From IMG/VR virus record IMGVR_UViG_3300005467_000022, positions 1 through 40,843 of that record: a stretch of DNA of 40,843 nt. One strand, written 5' to 3'. This DNA is from a virus. Below the pieces are notes generated by a model that saw only the letters and a list, made by a program, of their open reading frames with translations, was not told where the DNA came from and did no database searches. Both the position numbers and the translations under genes were made by a program. Position 1 is the first letter of the stretch. Each line of letters starts with the position of its first letter. This document shows positions 38,230 through 40,843 of this stretch, one piece after another.

Positions 38230-38808
38230 CTACATCACCGACTGTCGGGTCACGGAGAGGTGGCGGGAGCTGGACTGGTACGTGGCGGCTCCGGTCTGGC
38301 GCATCACCATCTGGATGTTGCTGCCCTGGAGCAGCAGAACCACCATCGCGGCCGTCAGCCCGTCGGTGTTGACCGTGGATGCCGCAAAGCTGAAGGACCG
38401 GGCGATCAGACCGAGGCCTCCGGTGCCGTTGTTCATCAGCCACATGCCGATGGAACCGTTGTTGGGGTTCCCCGGAGAAGCCAGGGTCATGGTCCCGGTG
38501 ACCAGGTAGATCCCGGTCTGAGTGATGTTGATCGTCGTATTCGACGTGCCGAGGTTCGCCATGTTGTCCGTGTCCACGACCTCGGTCGTGTACGTCGCGA
38601 TGACATCGGTGCTCGGCGCCACCGCCTGGTTGGTGGCGAAGGGTGCGCGCAGGTAACAGGTCGGCTGGTGCTTGCCCGCGTTGACCCGGTCGTACAGGGT
38701 CTGCATGTCCGTGTCGACTGCGGTCGCCAGCGACTGGATGTTCCCGGCCGGGTTCATCGGGTCGGTGTACTCGGGGTATGGGTAACCGCGAGGGGTAGTC
38801 AGCGTCAT
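38230..38808 (-). CDS. Minor tail / putative receptor-binding protein, RGYPYP family paralogue 2 (192 aa)
   Basis: The N-terminus is TPRGYPYPEYTDPMNPAGNIQSLATAVDTDMQTL. Confidence 0.55.
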   Translation of the reverse strand: MTLTTPRGYPYPEYTDPMNPAGNIQSLATAVDTDMQTLYDRVNAGKHQPTCYLRAPFATNQAVAPSTDVIATYTTEVVDTDNMANLGTSNTTINITQTGIYLVTGTMTLASPGNPNNGSIGMWLMNNGTGGLGLIARSFSFAASTVNTDGLTAAMVVLLLQGSNIQMVMRQTGAATYQSSSRHLSVTRQSVM

Positions 38809-39548
38809 GCACGCCTCGCAGTCGCCCAGTCCCAGCGCGCGCCAGTGAAGGCGTTGAGCGCGGTCCGCAGGCCCACGCGCAGGGTCGTCGAGTTGGCGGG
38901 CACGGTGACGTTCCCGCTGAGGAGCTGCATACGGTCCCCCTCGGGGATGTTGGTGACGTTCTGGACCGTGGTATCAGGGTCGGACGTGGTCGGGTACAGG
39001 GCGGAGCTGGAGCTGAACCAGAGCGCGCGCAGGGCGCACGCAGCGGTGTTCGGCGTGGCGCTGCCGTAGTCGCCGTTGGCGTAGGCGCTGAGCGTCCAGA
39101 CCTGTCCCGGCAGCACCGCGATGGGGTCGCTGTACACGAACGTCACCGAGGCGCCCGAGCCACCGTCGACTGCCAGCGCCGTATCCCCCTCCACCGCCTT
39201 GGCGTACGGGATGACCTTGACGTCGCTCACGCCCGACTGCCGGTAGACGGTCCAGTTCAGCGGGACCGACGTGTTGTCGTCCGCCAGCGCGAAGGAGGGG
39301 TTCGCCACCTCGTTGCCACCCGTGGTGGAGGTGGTGCCGATGATGAACCAGCTCGCGTTCTGCCGGGTCAGCACGACCACGTCGCCGATCCTCGGCGCTG
39401 ACTGACGGGTGTAGGCAGCGCGGAACTCCGTGCCGCCGACGTCGACGGTCGCGAGGAAGGGATCGACCAGGACCACGGTCCCGGGCCTGGTGTGGGCGTA
39501 CTGCCCGATCATCCCGCTGAGCTGCTGTGTGACCCCGAGGACGCCCAT
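38805..39548 (-). CDS. Minor tail protein with a carbohydrate-binding-like domain (247 aa)
   Basis: The sequence NEVANPSFALADDNTSVPLNWTVY resembles the start of a CBM/jelly-roll domain. An ATGA overlap links it to the next gene. Confidence 0.5.
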   Translation of the reverse strand: MGVLGVTQQLSGMIGQYAHTRPGTVVLVDPFLATVDVGGTEFRAAYTRQSAPRIGDVVVLTRQNASWFIIGTTSTTGGNEVANPSFALADDNTSVPLNWTVYRQSGVSDVKVIPYAKAVEGDTALAVDGGSGASVTFVYSDPIAVLPGQVWTLSAYANGDYGSATPNTAACALRALWFSSSSALYPTTSDPDTTVQNVTNIPEGDRMQLLSGNVTVPANSTTLRVGLRTALNAFTGARWDWATARRA

Positions 39549-40159
39549 CAGACGTCCAGCTTGCGGAGCTGGAGCATGCCCATGCGCACACCGAGGTTGA
39601 CCGTGCCCGAGTTGCCTGTCGGCCCGAAGGTCATCTGGGTCTGGACTAGGTCACCGGCGTTGCAGGGGATGATCTCCAGCGCGTTGTACGCCAGCTCGGT
39701 GCCGAGGTACTCACCCGCCCCCTCGTAGTGCCGCCCCTCGGACGTGGCCACGCCCGCACGCAGGAAGCGGATGCCGAGCTGGGTGAAGACACCGGGGTTG
39801 CCCAGGATGCGCACCATCGCGGTGAAGACGTACCAGCCCCGCTCCACCGTGACGAAGCCGTTGCGGGGAATGTCGGTGAGCGAGCCGGTGCCGGAGTTGT
39901 CGAACGCGACCGTGTCGTACGGCACGACGAACTGGGTGTGGGTCGCGGTGAGGAGGGGGAACGGGAAGTTGGTCGCGCTCCCGGTCATGCCCGCAGCGTC
40001 GGGCTTCTCCCAGAACTGCACGATCGAGTCGCTGCGCGCCTGCGCGTCGGCGTCGATCGCCAGCGCGAGGTCGCGTAGCTGGGCGATGTCGCTGGCGTCC
40101 TTCACCAGGGGCGGGTCGCACTCGGGCACGGGGTAACCGCGCCATTCGGTTCTCTTCAT
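39548..40159 (-). CDS. Minor tail protein, RGYPYP family paralogue 3 (203 aa)
   Basis: ATG 40159 has a GGGAGAGA RBS. The N-terminus is WRGYPVPECDPPLVKDASDIAQLRDLALAIDADAQ. The longer track ORF start is a shadow extension. Confidence 0.55.
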   Translation of the reverse strand: MKRTEWRGYPVPECDPPLVKDASDIAQLRDLALAIDADAQARSDSIVQFWEKPDAAGMTGSATNFPFPLLTATHTQFVVPYDTVAFDNSGTGSLTDIPRNGFVTVERGWYVFTAMVRILGNPGVFTQLGIRFLRAGVATSEGRHYEGAGEYLGTELAYNALEIIPCNAGDLVQTQMTFGPTGNSGTVNLGVRMGMLQLRKLDV

Positions 40160-40184
40160 GGTCTCTCCCGTCGTCCCGCTCAGC

Positions 40185-40843
40185 CTAGGGGGTGGGTGCG
40201 GACTCGATCCGGCTGCGGCCCGACAGGGACATGGCCTCACCCGTGTTCAGCGGGTAGGTGACGGAGTCGATGATCTGGGTGTCCCTCAGGCCCCGCCACG
40301 ACACGTCCAGTGTGTCACCAGGCTCGATGCGGTAATCGGGGACGCAGTCCATCTCCCACTGGCGCACGAGTGCCCCGTGGGCCGCGAGCTGGGACCGCGC
40401 CGCCCGCTGCGCCTCGTTGGGGGTGGTGGCGGTCTGGAGCCTCAGCTTGAGCACCCGTTTGCCGAAGTCGCCGCCGTAGACGTACGGGTCCACCGCGTTG
40501 AGGTTGCGCTCCACCGCGCGGATGGGGGTGTCCCCGTCGAGCCGGTCTGCCAGCACGACGACGCTGTTGTACACCCCGTCGGCGGTGACCTCGATGTCCG
40601 CCGAGGTGAGGGTGCCGGTGGGGCCGTCGGTCAGGGAGCCGAGGACGGTGATGCCGTCGTAGCCGAGCCTGCGCACCACGAAGCTGCCGTTGCCCAGGGT
40701 GTACCAGCGCGCCTCCAGGACGGAGGCCATGTCGTCGAGCGCCTTTCCCCGGTCGTCGTCCCACACCAGGCGCGGGACCGACGCGTCGTCCACGTCGTCG
40801 GGACCGAACACCGCGTGCGGGTACGCGTCCGAGATCATGCGCC
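40185..40843 (-). CDS. C-terminal part of the junction-spanning minor tail (hub-like) gene; see 1..496
   Basis: ORF 40185..40838 is in phase with 61..496 through the terminal overlap. The internal Met at 40838 is not the real start. Confidence 0.7.
   Translation of the reverse strand, partial: RMISDAYPHAVFGPDDVDDASVPRLVWDDDRGKALDDMASVLEARWYTLGNGSFVVRRLGYDGITVLGSLTDGPTGTLTSADIEVTADGVYNSVVVLADRLDGDTPIRAVERNLNAVDPYVYGGDFGKRVLKLRLQTATTPNEAQRAARSQLAAHGALVRQWEMDCVPDYRIEPGDTLDVSWRGLRDTQIIDSVTYPLNTGEAMSLSGRSRIESAPTP
40784..40843. repeat. Second copy of the 60-bp terminal overlap
   Basis: It is identical to nt 1..60. Confidence 0.9.

Noticed and set aside
1-40843. A search for CRISPR arrays, rRNA, transposase/IS elements, an integrase/attP and toxin-antitoxin pairs.
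   Set aside because: I saw no regularly spaced direct repeats, and no ORF with recombinase, transposase or toxin hallmarks. The only mobile-type elements I could support are the intein and the two HNH genes.

Overview
The window is a complete, circularly closed phage genome. Its first 60 nt are identical to its last 60 nt, leaving about 40,783 unique bp, and the sequence is opened inside a tail gene. The genome is high in G+C, uses many GTG/TTG starts and has many ATGA/GTGA coupled gene junctions. The protein families are typical of an actinobacterial (Streptomyces-like) siphovirus; the host assignment is inference.

The genome has two arms that diverge at an AT-rich inverted repeat (27637-27680) and converge at a bidirectional hairpin (36738-36769).

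- **Leftward arm (minus strand, about 31 kb):** RHH regulator, primase/helicase, PolA, resolvase, amidase, TerS, TerL, portal, MuF, protease, capsid, connectors, chaperones, tape measure, minor tail proteins, holin and a ligase-like gene.
- **Rightward arm (plus strand, about 9 kb):** a zinc-finger array protein, a LuxR-type regulator, small Zn-ribbon proteins, an SF2 helicase, a Cas4/RecB-like exonuclease and a tRNA.

I saw no integrase, CRISPR array or rRNA.

The most unusual items are:
- a TerL intein whose HNH endonuclease sits in the -1 frame of the intein linker;
- an 8-unit tandem CCHH protein, with the same module dispersed in two other genes;
- a recurring GAAGYTGTCCATA promoter/operator-like motif;
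- a palindrome-dense non-coding block upstream of the polymerase operon;
- two HK97-like capsid genes;
- a chaperone pair that needs a +1 (or -2) frameshift.
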